This document shows positions 48,071 through 59,170 of a stretch of 64,000 bases of DNA, in pieces (within the stretch, counting starts at the first letter, position 1; each line of letters opens with the position of its first letter). The DNA lies in assembly GCA_020057115.1 (NCBI GenBank), contig JAGVGJ010000001.1:12164-76163 (forward strand), given 5' to 3'. The position numbers were made by a program, and so were the translations under genes. This DNA is from Candidatus Omnitrophota bacterium (GTDB taxonomy: Bacteria; Omnitrophota; Gorgyraeia; 2-01-FULL-45-10). Under the pieces are notes generated by a model. That model ran no database searches. It was given only the letters and a program-made list of their open reading frames with translations, and was not told the origin of the DNA.

Positions 48071-51000
48071 ATGGCAGGACCCTACAGCAGGCTATTCGAA
48101 TTCACCAGAGACGGCATATACAGCTACACGTTTGCCGACGGGAAGATACTATCCGCGAACCACGGTTTTATCAGGATCCTTGACCTCGACTGCAAGCCAC
48201 CCGAAGTCGAAGGAAGGCTCCTTAAAGACGTGATGACCTATGTCGAAAAGGAGGGTACGGTCCGGAGGCTCCTGGAAGAGAAAGGAGAACTTCATAACTA
48301 TGAATACCACTTTAAGACGCTGAAGGGCGAGGACAGGTGGGTCATCTACGATTCATTCCTTTCCGTGGATCCGGTGACCGGCGAGAGAGTGGTAGAGACG
48401 ATAGTAAAAGATATAACCGACCGTAAGAAGAAGGAAGATGAGGCCAGGCGGTACCGCGCCCATCTCGAGGAGCTTGTAAAGGAGCGCATAGAAGAGTTGA
48501 AAGCCCTCAATGAACAGTTGAGGCGCGAAGTCGCGGAGCGCAAGGAGGCGGAGGAGAGGCTTGCCAAGATAAACAGCTGCTTCCTGAAATTCGGTTCCGA
48601 CTCGCTTGAGAATATAAAGCTGTTGACAGCCCTCTTGGGCGAAACTATGGGCGCGACATGCGCCCTTTATAACCGGCTGGAAGAGGGCATGCTATGCTCT
48701 ATAGGGCAATGGAACACCCCTTCCGATTATAACGCTATCGATAAACCCGAAGGGCATTTATGCTATGACGTTATAAGGCACGGTACCGACATACCTTTCA
48801 TAGTAAATAATCTTCCGGGAACGCCTTATGCGGCTACAGATTCCAATGTAGCCAGATATAACCTGCGCACTTATGTCGGCGTGGCTGTAAAGTCCGGCGG
48901 CAGGTACATAGGCTCGCTTTGCGCTGTTTATCAGAAAGACGTCATCCTTACGGAAGACGATAAGAAGCTGATAGGGTTGATCGCCACAGCCGTGGGCATA
49001 GAGGAAGAGAGATTGAGGATGGAGGGCGACATACTTGAGTCGAAAGAGTATCTCTCCAAGATCATAAATTCTATCGGCGATCCCGTGTTCGTAAAAGACA
49101 GGCAGCATCGCCTGATACTGGTAAATGACGCCGAATGCCGTCTTGCAGGCCATTTGAGAGAAGATGTTACAGGAAAGACGGATTATGACTTCTTCCCGAA
49201 AGAGCAGGTCGACATATTCTGGAAGAAGGATGAGATGGTGTTCGAGACCGGCGAAGAGAATATAAACGAGGAGACGATCACCGATGCCCAAGGCGTGACT
49301 CACACTATCATCACGAAGAAGACGCGCTATATCGACCCGGAGGGTAATAAATTCATAGTCGGCATCATAAGGGATATAACAGACCGCAAGGCGACCGAAG
49401 AACAACTCCAACAGAACTACGATATCCAGAAAGCCGTAAACTCTCTCCTCAACCTTTCGCTAAGAGACATGCCTTTAGAGGAATTCCTTAAAAATACGCT
49501 CGACCTCATAATGTCCATCCCCAGGCTTTCGCTTGAATCGCGCGGCGGCATATTTCTGACGGAAGATCATTCTGATACCCTGAGGCTAAAGGTGCATAAC
49601 GGCCTTACCGAGCAGATACAGAAGGCATGCGGGAGCGTCCCATTCGGCAAATGTCTCTGCGGCAAGGCGGCGCTGACAAAAAAGACGCAGTTTGCCGCAT
49701 CTATCGACGAGCGTCATGAGACAACTTATGAAGGCATCATCCCTCACGGCCATTACTGCGTTCCGGTGCTATGGGCAGACAAGGTCCTCGGAGTAATAAA
49801 CTTTTACTTGAAAGAGGGGCATCCCTATAAAAAGAGTGAAGAAGATTTTCTGGTTGCCGTAGCTAACACCCTGGCCGGCGTCATAGAGCGCAAGCGCGTG
49901 GAGGAAGAACTAAAGAAGAGCGAGGCGAGTCTCGCGGAAGCCCAGAGGATAGCGCGCCTGGGGAACTGGGAGTGGGATATAAAGGCCAATAGCATAAAAT
50001 GGTCGGCCGAGGTATACCGCATATTCGGGAGAGCGCCGTCTGATTTTAACGGCACGCTCGAAGCATTCCTGGAATATATTCATCCCGCCGACAGAGGATT
50101 CGTTAAAGAAGCGTTGGATGACGCGCTGCACAAGCAAGAGAACTACTCCATAGACCACAGCATCCTGCTGCCGAACGCAGTGGAGAGGATAGTCCACGAG
50201 CAGGGAGAGATCACCTATGACGGGAACGGCGAGCCCGTGCGCATGGTAGGGACTGTCAATGACATAACCGAACGAAAGATCATGGAGGGTGAGCTCAGGA
50301 AGCATCGTGACCACCTTGAGGACTTGGTCAAGCAGCGCGCCGCCCAGATCATCGAGGTCAATGAGAGCCTCCAGCGCGAAGTCGCCGAGCGTAAGCGCGT
50401 CGAAGAGGCGTTGAGGGAGTCGGGGGAGAATTACAAGACCCTGTTCGAGCATTCTCCTATAGCGCTCTTCCAGGAAGATTGCTCCGGCATGAAGAAGTAT
50501 ATAGACAGTCTTAAGGCGACCAGCGGCGCTGACCTGAAGAAATATTTTGAAGACCATCCCGAAGTCTTAAAGGAGTGCATAGAAGCGATAAAGATAGCAG
50601 ATGCCAATAAGCAGGCCTTAATGCTTTTCGACGCGAGGGATAAAGAAGAGCTTTACAGGGCGGTCAAAAATATACTCATCGCCGATGCTTATAGCGATTT
50701 TGCGGAGGCGATCGTAGCTTCTAGCGAAGGAAAGTATGCTCTCGAACACGAGACCAGCATACATACGCTTACCGGAGCCAAGAAATATTGCACTGTCAAG
50801 ATATCGACCGTTGCGGGAAGCGAGACGACATGGGCGAAAGTATTGATATCTATGGTCGATATAACGGAGCGCAAGCTTGTAGAGGAAGCGCTCGAGATAT
50901 CGGAGGCAAACTACCGCGCCATATTCGATACGGCCAATGACGCCATATTCGTCTTTGATATTAAGACAGGGGTTATAATCGACGCCAACAGGAAGGGCTG

Positions 51001-52867
51001 CGAGATGTACTGCTATTCCAGGGACGAGATACGCTCTCTGGGCATAGACATGCTAAGTTCAGGCGAGCATATCTATACGAAAGACGGCGCGGACAGCTGG
51101 ATACAGAGAGCCTCTAACGGAGAGCCGCAGATAGTAGAGTGGCTTTCGAAAGATAAGGCCGGCCGCCTATTCTGGGTCGAGATAAACCTGCGCAGGGCCA
51201 TAGTCGGCTCCAAATACTGCCTTCTTGCGGTAGTGCGCGACATAACTGAGCGCAAAGAGTCCGAAGAGAAGCTGAGAGAGAGCGATCTCAGATTCAGGAA
51301 AGCCGTATTCGATGCGACCTTCCCGATAATGATCCATTCGGAAGACGGCGACGTCATGCTTCTCAATAAGGCCTGGACGGAATTATCCGGTTATACCCAG
51401 GAAGACATACCGACCACCTCTGTTTGGGCGGAGAAAGCCTATGGCAGTAAAAAGGCCATCGTAAAAGCCGATATCGACAAGTTGTACAAGCTGGATGAGA
51501 GGGTCAAGGAGGGCGAGTATGTCATAACCGCCAAGACCGGCGAAAAGAGGGTATGGGATTTCAGCGCCGCCCCTCTCGGGGCCCTTCCTAACGGCAAGCG
51601 TATCGTCATGTCTATGGCGATGGATATCACCGAGCGTAAGGGCGCGGAGAATCAGATCAAGGAGCTTAACAGGGAGCTCCTTAAGACGAATAACATGCTT
51701 AAGCAGCTGGCACTCAAGGATTCCCATACCGGGCTTTACGGCCACAGGTATCTGGCGGAGGCGATCCTCAAGGAATTTTCCAGGGCCAAGAGAGAGGCCA
51801 CGCCACTCTCAGTCATAATGCTCGATATCGATTATTTTAAATCGATAAACGATGTCTACGGCCATCAGTTCGGCGATATTGTTTTAAAGCAGTTCGCTGC
51901 GCACCTGAAAAAGGCGGTGCGGATATACGACATAGTCATACGTTACGGCGGAGAGGAGTTCATAATAATATCTCCGGGTTCGGACAGGGCGGGCGCCCTG
52001 GTGCTCGCCAGGAGGATATTGAATACTGTGAGCCTGGCCCGTTTTGGCGACAAAGAGCATAGCGTGAAAATGAAGATGAGCGCGGGCGCGGTCTCTTACC
52101 CGGAGGACCGGGCCGTGAAGGCCATGGACCTCGTTAATTTCGTCGACAAGATACTGAATAAGGCCAAGGAAGAAGGCGGCAACAGGGTATGCTCGTCTGT
52201 CGACATGAAGAGGCCCAAGGCATCCGTTACCATGGAAGAGGAAGAGGATATAACGGACGTAAAGCTCCTCAAAGAAAAGATAGAGAAGCTTACCAAGCGC
52301 GGCAACCAGAGCCTTATCGAGGCCATATTCGCCTTCGCGAAGACCATAGAAGTTAAGGATAATTATACGGGAGAGCATGTCGAAAAGGCCGTCCATTACG
52401 CGACCGAGATAGCCAAGGAGCTCAATCTTTCAAAGAACGAGATAGAGCTGATAAAGAAGGCCGCGGCGCTTCATGATCTCGGCAAGGTGGGGATAAGCGA
52501 TAAGATACTGCGCAAGAAGTCAAAGCTTACCGAAAAAGAGTTTGAAGAGATAAAGAGGCATTCGCAGATAGGTGTCGATATATTGAGGCCCGTCCACTTC
52601 ATGCATGACATAATACCCCTGATCCTCCACCATCATGAAAGATGGGACGGTAAAGGATATCCCGACAAGCTTAGAGGCGACGAGATACCGATCGGCGCGC
52701 GCATAATCTCCGTGTCAGACGCCTATGACGCTCTTACGTCGAACAGGCCTTACCGTAAAGCATACCGCAAGAACAAAGCCATCGAGATCATAAAGAGGGC
52801 TTCCGGGACGATGTATGACCCCAGGATCATAAATGCCTTCTTCAAAGTCCTGAAAGATGGAAAATAG
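48071..52867 (+). CDS. Multi-PAS/GAF sensor with GGDEF and HD-GYP output domains
   Basis: Repeated DITERK PAC ends, two GAF domains, RIYD I-site + GGEEF, HDLGK, HHERWDGKGYP. Confidence 0.92.
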   Translation: MAGPYSRLFEFTRDGIYSYTFADGKILSANHGFIRILDLDCKPPEVEGRLLKDVMTYVEKEGTVRRLLEEKGELHNYEYHFKTLKGEDRWVIYDSFLSVDPVTGERVVETIVKDITDRKKKEDEARRYRAHLEELVKERIEELKALNEQLRREVAERKEAEERLAKINSCFLKFGSDSLENIKLLTALLGETMGATCALYNRLEEGMLCSIGQWNTPSDYNAIDKPEGHLCYDVIRHGTDIPFIVNNLPGTPYAATDSNVARYNLRTYVGVAVKSGGRYIGSLCAVYQKDVILTEDDKKLIGLIATAVGIEEERLRMEGDILESKEYLSKIINSIGDPVFVKDRQHRLILVNDAECRLAGHLREDVTGKTDYDFFPKEQVDIFWKKDEMVFETGEENINEETITDAQGVTHTIITKKTRYIDPEGNKFIVGIIRDITDRKATEEQLQQNYDIQKAVNSLLNLSLRDMPLEEFLKNTLDLIMSIPRLSLESRGGIFLTEDHSDTLRLKVHNGLTEQIQKACGSVPFGKCLCGKAALTKKTQFAASIDERHETTYEGIIPHGHYCVPVLWADKVLGVINFYLKEGHPYKKSEEDFLVAVANTLAGVIERKRVEEELKKSEASLAEAQRIARLGNWEWDIKANSIKWSAEVYRIFGRAPSDFNGTLEAFLEYIHPADRGFVKEALDDALHKQENYSIDHSILLPNAVERIVHEQGEITYDGNGEPVRMVGTVNDITERKIMEGELRKHRDHLEDLVKQRAAQIIEVNESLQREVAERKRVEEALRESGENYKTLFEHSPIALFQEDCSGMKKYIDSLKATSGADLKKYFEDHPEVLKECIEAIKIADANKQALMLFDARDKEELYRAVKNILIADAYSDFAEAIVASSEGKYALEHETSIHTLTGAKKYCTVKISTVAGSETTWAKVLISMVDITERKLVEEALEISEANYRAIFDTANDAIFVFDIKTGVIIDANRKGCEMYCYSRDEIRSLGIDMLSSGEHIYTKDGADSWIQRASNGEPQIVEWLSKDKAGRLFWVEINLRRAIVGSKYCLLAVVRDITERKESEEKLRESDLRFRKAVFDATFPIMIHSEDGDVMLLNKAWTELSGYTQEDIPTTSVWAEKAYGSKKAIVKADIDKLYKLDERVKEGEYVITAKTGEKRVWDFSAAPLGALPNGKRIVMSMAMDITERKGAENQIKELNRELLKTNNMLKQLALKDSHTGLYGHRYLAEAILKEFSRAKREATPLSVIMLDIDYFKSINDVYGHQFGDIVLKQFAAHLKKAVRIYDIVIRYGGEEFIIISPGSDRAGALVLARRILNTVSLARFGDKEHSVKMKMSAGAVSYPEDRAVKAMDLVNFVDKILNKAKEEGGNRVCSSVDMKRPKASVTMEEEEDITDVKLLKEKIEKLTKRGNQSLIEAIFAFAKTIEVKDNYTGEHVEKAVHYATEIAKELNLSKNEIELIKKAAALHDLGKVGISDKILRKKSKLTEKEFEEIKRHSQIGVDILRPVHFMHDIIPLILHHHERWDGKGYPDKLRGDEIPIGARIISVSDAYDALTSNRPYRKAYRKNKAIEIIKRASGTMYDPRIINAFFKVLKDGK

Positions 52868-52901
52868 CGGCCTTCGACGTCGCTCCAGGGTGCTCTACCC
52901 C
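52861..52901 (+). repeat. Truncated family-1 element (3' motif only), copy E
   Basis: aaaatagcggccttcgacgtcgctccagg, nearly identical to aaaatagcgcccttcgacgtcgctccaag in copy A. Confidence 0.75.
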
Positions 52902-52984
52902 GCATGGATCTAAGCGCTTCCGTCTTTCGTATTGACACCCTATCTTGCCCAATATATAATCGATTAAAAATATGAAGGGTAGAT

Positions 52985-54445
52985 ATGCTCGAAAATATTC
53001 AAGATAATGATCTGATAAAGCAAAGATTCGCTAAATTAGATAATATAAAGAAGGCCGGCGTGCACCCTTATGGGCAGAGGTTCGATACGACCTCGAACAT
53101 CGGGGCCCTTAAAGAGAATTTCGCGGAAGGCGCGAAGGCCGTTGTCGCAGGACGCGTAATGGCATGCCGGGAGCATGGTAAGTCCAGGTTCTACGATATA
53201 AAAGACGTCTCAGGGAAGATCCAGGCTTATGTGCAGAAGGATACTGTGGGCGAGGAGATATTCAATTTCCTGAACAATCTCGATATAGGCGATTTTATAG
53301 GCGTTGAGGGCGAGACTTTTAAGACAAGGACCGGCGAGCCGACGCTTAAAGTGACAAAGGTCGATATCCTCTCAAAGTCTTTGAGGCCGCTTCCCGAAAA
53401 GTGGCACGGGCTTACAAATGTCGAGACCAGATACCGTCAGCGCTATGTAGACCTTACCATGAATGATGATGTTAAGAAGGTCTTCGTCCTGCGGTCCAGG
53501 ATCGTATCAGAGATACGCAAGTTCCTAGACGCCAAAGGGTTTATCGAGGTCGAAACGCCGATGATGCAGTCTCTGGCCGGAGGAGCGGCGGGCAAGCCGT
53601 TCAGGACGCATCACGAGGCGCTCGGGGTCGACCTTTACTTGAGGATCGCCCCGGAGCTGTTTTTGAAGCGCCTGCTCGTAGGCGGCATGGACAGGGTATA
53701 TGAAGTCAACAGGAGCTTCCGCAATGAAGGCATCTCCACACGCCACAATCCCGAATTCACGATGCTTGAGCTCTACCAGGCCTATTCTGACTGTGAAGGC
53801 ATGATCGAGATCACCGAAGAGATGGTGACGATGCTTGTGAAAAATATCCACGGCACATTACAGATAGAATATAACGGCAAAGCAATAGATTTTTCCAAGT
53901 GGGAGAGGATATCGTTCGCCGAGCTTATGAAAGAGCAGTTCGGGATAGTTCCGGAAGATCCTGCGGCGAGCTGGGTGTCGAAGCTTAAAGCCAAGGGAAT
54001 CGCTATCGAAGGTACCGAGCCTTCGAAGACCCAGATCATAAATATCGTAGGAGAACTGATCGAACCTAAGGCGGGGAACCATCCGGTCTTCGTGGTCGAT
54101 ATGTTCAAGGAGATGTGCCCGCTTGCGAAGACCAAGAAGGATAACCCGCTCCTTACAGACCGCTTTGAGCTGTACATGGGAGGCATGGAGATCGCCAATG
54201 CCTACTCAGAGTTAAATGACCCGATCGAACAGAGGGCGAGGTTCGAGGACGAGCTCGAAGGCGCCAAGGACAAAGCCCGCAACATCGACGAGGATTTTGT
54301 CCGCGCGCTCGAGTATGGCATGCCGCCCGCGGGTGGGCTCGGCATCGGAATAGACAGGCTGGTCATGATACTTACGAATTCGCCATCCATAAGGGATGTC
54401 ATACTTTTCCCGCAGCTAAAGCCGGAAGCCCGGACAGAAGAGTGA
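52985..54445 (+). CDS. lysS: Lysine--tRNA ligase (class II)
   Basis: RYRQRYVDL, YLRIAPEL, FRNEG, HNPEFTMLE, GMPPAGGLGIGIDR; promoter ttgaca(52932)-N17-tataat. Confidence 0.97.
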   Translation: MLENIQDNDLIKQRFAKLDNIKKAGVHPYGQRFDTTSNIGALKENFAEGAKAVVAGRVMACREHGKSRFYDIKDVSGKIQAYVQKDTVGEEIFNFLNNLDIGDFIGVEGETFKTRTGEPTLKVTKVDILSKSLRPLPEKWHGLTNVETRYRQRYVDLTMNDDVKKVFVLRSRIVSEIRKFLDAKGFIEVETPMMQSLAGGAAGKPFRTHHEALGVDLYLRIAPELFLKRLLVGGMDRVYEVNRSFRNEGISTRHNPEFTMLELYQAYSDCEGMIEITEEMVTMLVKNIHGTLQIEYNGKAIDFSKWERISFAELMKEQFGIVPEDPAASWVSKLKAKGIAIEGTEPSKTQIINIVGELIEPKAGNHPVFVVDMFKEMCPLAKTKKDNPLLTDRFELYMGGMEIANAYSELNDPIEQRARFEDELEGAKDKARNIDEDFVRALEYGMPPAGGLGIGIDRLVMILTNSPSIRDVILFPQLKPEARTEE

Positions 54446-54446
54446 G

Positions 54447-55628
54447 ATGAACTGGCAACTGTTCGTTAGCTTCAGATATCTTACCTCAAAACGCAAAGAG
54501 AAGTTCATATCCATAATAAGCTTCATATCGATAATCGGCGTCGCCATAGGCGTCGGGGCCCTTATCATAGTCCTCGGCGTCATGAGCGGGTTCGACAGTG
54601 AGCTTAAAGAGAAGCTGATAGGCACGACTTCGCACATATCGGTCGAGTCCGAATACGGCATGGCTCCTACCGCAGAATTCCTTTCGAAGATAACCGGGAC
54701 AAAACACGTTACGGCGGCCTCCTTCTTTGTCAACGGGCAGGGGCTTATCCGGCGCAATGAGGATGCGGTCGGCGTTATATTGAAAGGCATAGTCCCGCAA
54801 GACGAAGTCAAGGTGACAAAGCTTGGCGAGTATCTGAAGCGGGGCACTCTTGATATCGGCAAGGACGGTATGGTCGTCGGAAGCGAGCTGGCTTCAAGGT
54901 TCGGCCTGAAGCTTGGCGATAAGGTCAACGTGATAACATCCGCTGAGTCGAAAGGCAAAGAGTTCCGCGTCGTCGGCGTATTCACGTCCGGCATGTATGA
55001 ATATGACGCCAACATGGCTTATATAGACATAGGCCGCGCAGAAGAGCTGTTTAACGTACCCGGCCTCGTGAGCGGGGCTACGGTGAAGATAGACGATGCC
55101 ATGAATGCCCCAGAGGTGAAGGCCTCGCTGATACAACAGATGCGCGGGCTTGCCATGGTAAGGACATGGATGGATATGAACAAGAACCTCCTGTCGGCGC
55201 TGCAGCTTGAGAAGACCGTGATGTTCATAATACTGACGCTCATAGTCATGGTCGCGTGTTTCAATATCGTAAGTACCCTCATCATGACTGTTCTCGAAAA
55301 GACGAAGGATATAGGCATCCTTAAGGCGATCGGCTCGACGAGCGGCAATGTCATGGCCATATTCGCCATGCAGGGAGCCATGATAGGGTTTTTGGGGACA
55401 GCTCTCGGGGCCGCAATAGGAGTCGCGCTCGCATGGCTGCTCAAGACATATAAATTCATAAGCCTGCCGAGCGACATATATTATATAGACAAACTTCCGG
55501 TTAAGCTGGAGCTTCAGGATATAGCGCTCGTAGTCATTTCGAGTTTTCTGATAAGCCTGGTAGCTACTGTCTACCCGTCTTACAAAGCGTCCAAGCTCGA
55601 CCCTGTAGAGGCCTTAAGATATGAGTAA
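54447..55628 (+). CDS. lolE: Lipoprotein-releasing ABC permease (LolC/E family)
   Basis: GVAIGVGALIIVLGVMSGF, EKTKDIGILKAIG, DPVEALRYE. Confidence 0.88.
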   Translation: MNWQLFVSFRYLTSKRKEKFISIISFISIIGVAIGVGALIIVLGVMSGFDSELKEKLIGTTSHISVESEYGMAPTAEFLSKITGTKHVTAASFFVNGQGLIRRNEDAVGVILKGIVPQDEVKVTKLGEYLKRGTLDIGKDGMVVGSELASRFGLKLGDKVNVITSAESKGKEFRVVGVFTSGMYEYDANMAYIDIGRAEELFNVPGLVSGATVKIDDAMNAPEVKASLIQQMRGLAMVRTWMDMNKNLLSALQLEKTVMFIILTLIVMVACFNIVSTLIMTVLEKTKDIGILKAIGSTSGNVMAIFAMQGAMIGFLGTALGAAIGVALAWLLKTYKFISLPSDIYYIDKLPVKLELQDIALVVISSFLISLVATVYPSYKASKLDPVEALRYE

Positions 55629-56292
55629 CGCATTAGTCGCTGCAAGAGGATTATCCAAGACCTATACGAACGGCGCTAAACAGGTCAGGGCCGTGAATGG
55701 GATCGATCTCGAGATAGGAAAGGGCGAGGCGCTTGCCATAGTGGGCCCGTCGGGCGCGGGGAAGTCCACGCTCATGCATCTATTGGGCGGGCTTGATATG
55801 CCGACGCACGGGAAGGTCTTATTCGATAATGTCGATATCTACTCGCTCTCTGACAAGAACCGCGCGAAGGTGCGCAATTCGCGCGTGGGTTTCGTCTTCC
55901 AGTTCTACCATCTTCTGCCGGAGTTCACGGCTCTTGAGAATGTGATGCTTCCCGGGATGATACAAGGAGACGCTTCCATGCTTAAGGAACGGTCCGCCGG
56001 GCTTTTAAAAGCGGTCGGCCTTGAGAATCGTATGGCCCACAGGCCGGGAGAGCTTTCCGGAGGGGAGTCCCAAAGGGTGGCCATAGCAAGGGCGCTCATA
56101 AACGAACCTGCTATAATCCTTTGCGATGAACCTACGGGAAATCTTGATTCCAAGACCAGCCAGGCCATTTATGAGCTATTGATAGAATTGAAGGATAAGA
56201 AAGGCATGACCATAGTAGTTGTGACGCACGACGAAAAGCTTGCGGCAAAGATGGATCGCCAGATACATATGAGAGATGGCAAGCTGGTGTAG
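55621..56292 (+). CDS. lolD: Lipoprotein-releasing ABC ATPase
   Basis: GPSGAGKST, GFVFQFYHLL, LSGGESQR, DEPTGNLD. Confidence 0.9.
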   Translation: MSNALVAARGLSKTYTNGAKQVRAVNGIDLEIGKGEALAIVGPSGAGKSTLMHLLGGLDMPTHGKVLFDNVDIYSLSDKNRAKVRNSRVGFVFQFYHLLPEFTALENVMLPGMIQGDASMLKERSAGLLKAVGLENRMAHRPGELSGGESQRVAIARALINEPAIILCDEPTGNLDSKTSQAIYELLIELKDKKGMTIVVVTHDEKLAAKMDRQIHMRDGKLV

Positions 56293-56324
56293 GGGGTAGG
56301 GGGAAAACAGGATTTACGGAGTAC

Positions 56325-56352
56325 GGCCGGAGCGATCCGGCCTTCTTTTTTC
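56325..56352 (+). terminator. Intrinsic terminator after lolD
   Basis: ggccgga-gcga-tccggcc followed by ttctttttt. Confidence 0.65.
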
Positions 56353-56366
56353 CAGCTTCCCCTTTA

Positions 56367-56537
56367 AATTTTTCGGCCTATGGATGCCATTGAGGGGTAA
56401 GGTGTCCTGGAGCGACGTCGAAGGGCGCAATCTTTCAGAGAAGATTGCGCCCTTCCGAGCGAACTTTCCTCTGGAAAGAGAGCGTTCGCGCAAGGACACC
56501 TTACCCCTCAAGGGCTTCAAGGAGCTTCCGAAAAATT
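56367..56537 (-). repeat. Nested palindromic element, family 1, copy D
   Basis: aatttttcgg..gaggggtaaggtgtcct-ggagcgacgtcgaag..aggacaccttacccctc..ccgaaaaatt. Confidence 0.9.
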
Positions 56538-56595
56538 ATCCCTCATTCCTATTTGACATAATATGCTTTATTATATATACTTATAATACTTAATT

Positions 56596-57501
56596 ATGAC
56601 AAGTGCGGCATCAGTCAAGAAGGAGAAGACGGCTTTGAAGATATATTTTAACGGGGAGCTTATAGATAAAGAGAAGGCCTGTGTCTCGGTATTCGATCAT
56701 GGCCTCCTATACGGGGATGGGGTATTCGAGGGGATACGCACATACGGCAGCCTTGTCTTCAGGCTCAAAGAACATATCGACAGGCTCTATAAGTCAGCCG
56801 ATGCCATAGAGCTTAAGATACCGATGACCAAGCTCGAGATGATGGATGCCGTCATAATGACGCTTAAAGCCAACTCCTTAAAAGACGCGTACATAAGGCT
56901 TGTCATCACAAGAGGCCCGGGCGATCTGGGGCTTGATCCTAGAAAGTGCAAGAAGCCGACCATATTCATCATAACCGACAAGATAACGCTTTATCCGAAA
57001 GAGTTCTATCAGAAGGGCCTTGAGATAATAACAGCCACTACGCGCCGGAACCTTCCGCAGGCGCTCGATCCCAGGATAAAATCGCTCAATTATCTGAATA
57101 ATATACTCGGTAAGATCGATGCCATAAAAGCCGGGACCGTGGAAGCCATAATGCTCTCCTACGACGGCCACGTGGCGGAATGTACGGGAGACAATATCTT
57201 CATCGTTAAAAAGGGGGAGCTCATCACCCCTCCCGTAGAGGTCGGCGCGCTTGAGGGCATCACAAGGGACGCTGTTATAGACCTTGCCAAGGATCTTGAC
57301 ATGCCTTTCTATGCGAAGATGCTCAAGATGGACGATGTCTACGAGTCTGAAGAGGTGTTCCTCACCGGGACGGCGGCAGAGATAGTGCCTGTCATCAAGA
57401 TAGACGATAGAGTTATCGGGGACGGCAAGCCCGGGAAGTCCACGCTTAAGCTGACAACGGCATTCAGGGAATTGACGAAGACCGACGGAGTGAGGTATTA
57501 G
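56596..57501 (+). CDS. ilvE: Branched-chain amino acid aminotransferase (true start may be TTG 56635)
   Basis: DHGLLYGDGVFEG, KSLNYL, LEGITR, TGTAAE. Confidence 0.93.
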   Translation: MTSAASVKKEKTALKIYFNGELIDKEKACVSVFDHGLLYGDGVFEGIRTYGSLVFRLKEHIDRLYKSADAIELKIPMTKLEMMDAVIMTLKANSLKDAYIRLVITRGPGDLGLDPRKCKKPTIFIITDKITLYPKEFYQKGLEIITATTRRNLPQALDPRIKSLNYLNNILGKIDAIKAGTVEAIMLSYDGHVAECTGDNIFIVKKGELITPPVEVGALEGITRDAVIDLAKDLDMPFYAKMLKMDDVYESEEVFLTGTAAEIVPVIKIDDRVIGDGKPGKSTLKLTTAFRELTKTDGVRY

Positions 57502-57502
57502 C

Positions 57503-58036
57503 ATGCTATGCGACATATGCGGTAAAAAAGAAGCTACGGTGCATCTCACGGAGATAATAAACGAACAGATGTCAAAGCTCCATCTTTGCGAGGAGTGCGC
57601 TAAGGATAAAGGCGCCGAGATGGAAGAGCATTTCGGGCTCAACGATCTTTTGGCGGGATTGGCAGGGCTGGGGGCCTCGATCACCTCCGGCCCCGGCGTT
57701 CAGTCGACAAAAGCGGTCGAGTCGATAAAGTGTCCCGGATGCTCCTTCACGTACCAGAATTTTACTAAGATAGGAAGGTTCGGTTGCGGCGAATGTTATG
57801 ATGCGTTCAAGAAACATATCGGGCCGCTCTTAAAGAGGATACACGGCTCTGACAAGCATCTCGGAAAGGTCCCTCTTACGGCCGGAAAGACGCCCAAGGA
57901 TACGAAGAACATGCAGGAGCTGAGAGCGAAGCTTGATAAGGCGATCCAGTCCGAAGAGTTCGAAGAGGCGGCCAGGTTAAGGGATAAGATAAAAGAGCTT
58001 GATCTGAAGACCGGCTCCGATAAAGGTCAAAAATGA
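57503..58036 (+). CDS. mcsA: McsA (CxxC motifs + UVR domain)
   Basis: MLCDIC..ATVH..LCEEC..CPGC..GCGECY..H.GK.P..EEAARLRD. Confidence 0.9.
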   Translation: MLCDICGKKEATVHLTEIINEQMSKLHLCEECAKDKGAEMEEHFGLNDLLAGLAGLGASITSGPGVQSTKAVESIKCPGCSFTYQNFTKIGRFGCGECYDAFKKHIGPLLKRIHGSDKHLGKVPLTAGKTPKDTKNMQELRAKLDKAIQSEEFEEAARLRDKIKELDLKTGSDKGQK

Positions 58037-59079
58037 TCATAGACGATTTTCTTTACCAGTCGAGCGAATGGCTTAAGGGCACAGGCCCGAGCTCTGAAAT
58101 AGTCATGTCTTCCAGGACGCGGCTGGCGCGCAATATCGACAAATATCCGTTCGCCCACTGGGCCAAAGATAAACAGCTTGTCGAGATAATTGATGCCGTG
58201 AAAGATGCGGCCGATTCGATAGACATGCTGAAGGACTCGCTCTTCCTGAAGCTCAAGGACGTAAGCGAGGTGGACAGGGTATTTCTTGTAGAGCGCCATC
58301 TTATGAGCCCCGAACATGCCAAGGACGTAGAGTTTAAGGCGCTTATCATAGACCCTAAAGAGATCGTCAGCATAATGATCAACGAAGAAGATCACTTGAG
58401 GATACAGGTGCTTAAATCCGGCCTCGACCTTATGGATGCCTGGAAGATCATAGATAAGCTCGATACGGAATTCTCGAAGAGGCTGCCGTTCGCATTCTCG
58501 TCCAAATGGGGTTATCTTACGGCATGCCCTACAAATACCGGCACAGGATTGAGGGGCTCTGTCATGTTCCATCTGCCGGCGCTGGTATTCTCCGGGCAGA
58601 TAAACAAGATCCTGCAGGCTACGGCGAAGCTCGGACTCAATGTAAGGGGATTGTACGGAGAAGGGACGGAGGCCTCCGGCAACCTTTTTCAGGTATCGAA
58701 TCAGGTCGCCCTCGGTAGGACCGAGGAAGACATGATAGACAATATCCAGCGGATAACGAACCAGATAGTGACGCGGGAAGAGACGATGAGAAAAGGCATC
58801 CTGGCGAAGAGCAAGGAGGCCCTGTCCGACAGGGTGTGGCGCGCTTACGGGACATTGAAGAGCGCTCACATAATAACCTCGAGCGAGACGATAGGCCTTC
58901 TTTCGGCAATACGCCTAGGGATCGAGCTCGGCATCGTGAAGGATATCGATGCGGAGACGGTGAACGAACTTATCATATTGACGCAGCCGGCGCACCTTCA
59001 GAAGCTCGAAGGCAAGGCGCTGAATTCCGAAGAGCGGGACGTGAAGCGGGCGAATCTTATTCGAGAAAAATTGAAATAG
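58033..59079 (+). CDS. mcsB: Protein arginine kinase McsB
   Basis: [32 protein letters not shown]. Confidence 0.92.
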   Translation: MIIDDFLYQSSEWLKGTGPSSEIVMSSRTRLARNIDKYPFAHWAKDKQLVEIIDAVKDAADSIDMLKDSLFLKLKDVSEVDRVFLVERHLMSPEHAKDVEFKALIIDPKEIVSIMINEEDHLRIQVLKSGLDLMDAWKIIDKLDTEFSKRLPFAFSSKWGYLTACPTNTGTGLRGSVMFHLPALVFSGQINKILQATAKLGLNVRGLYGEGTEASGNLFQVSNQVALGRTEEDMIDNIQRITNQIVTREETMRKGILAKSKEALSDRVWRAYGTLKSAHIITSSETIGLLSAIRLGIELGIVKDIDAETVNELIILTQPAHLQKLEGKALNSEERDVKRANLIREKLK

Positions 59080-59146
59080 GGTCAAGAGTCCAGGGTCAAG
59101 GGTCCAGAAAATTTTACTGGACCCAGGCCCCTGGCCCCTGGACCCT
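59078..59146. repeat. Two heptamer arrays in inverted orientation forming a hairpin
   Basis: agggtcaagagtccagggtcaagggtccag-aaaatttta-ctggacccaggcccctggcccctggaccct. Confidence 0.85.
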
Positions 59147-59170
59147 GCCAATAGACGGAGGGTGTTACAC

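Noticed and set aside
59078-59107. CtsR box upstream of clpC (GGTCAA half-sites)
   Set aside because: The half-sites are 14 nt apart instead of 10 and are variants of the dispersed heptamer; no ctsR gene in the window
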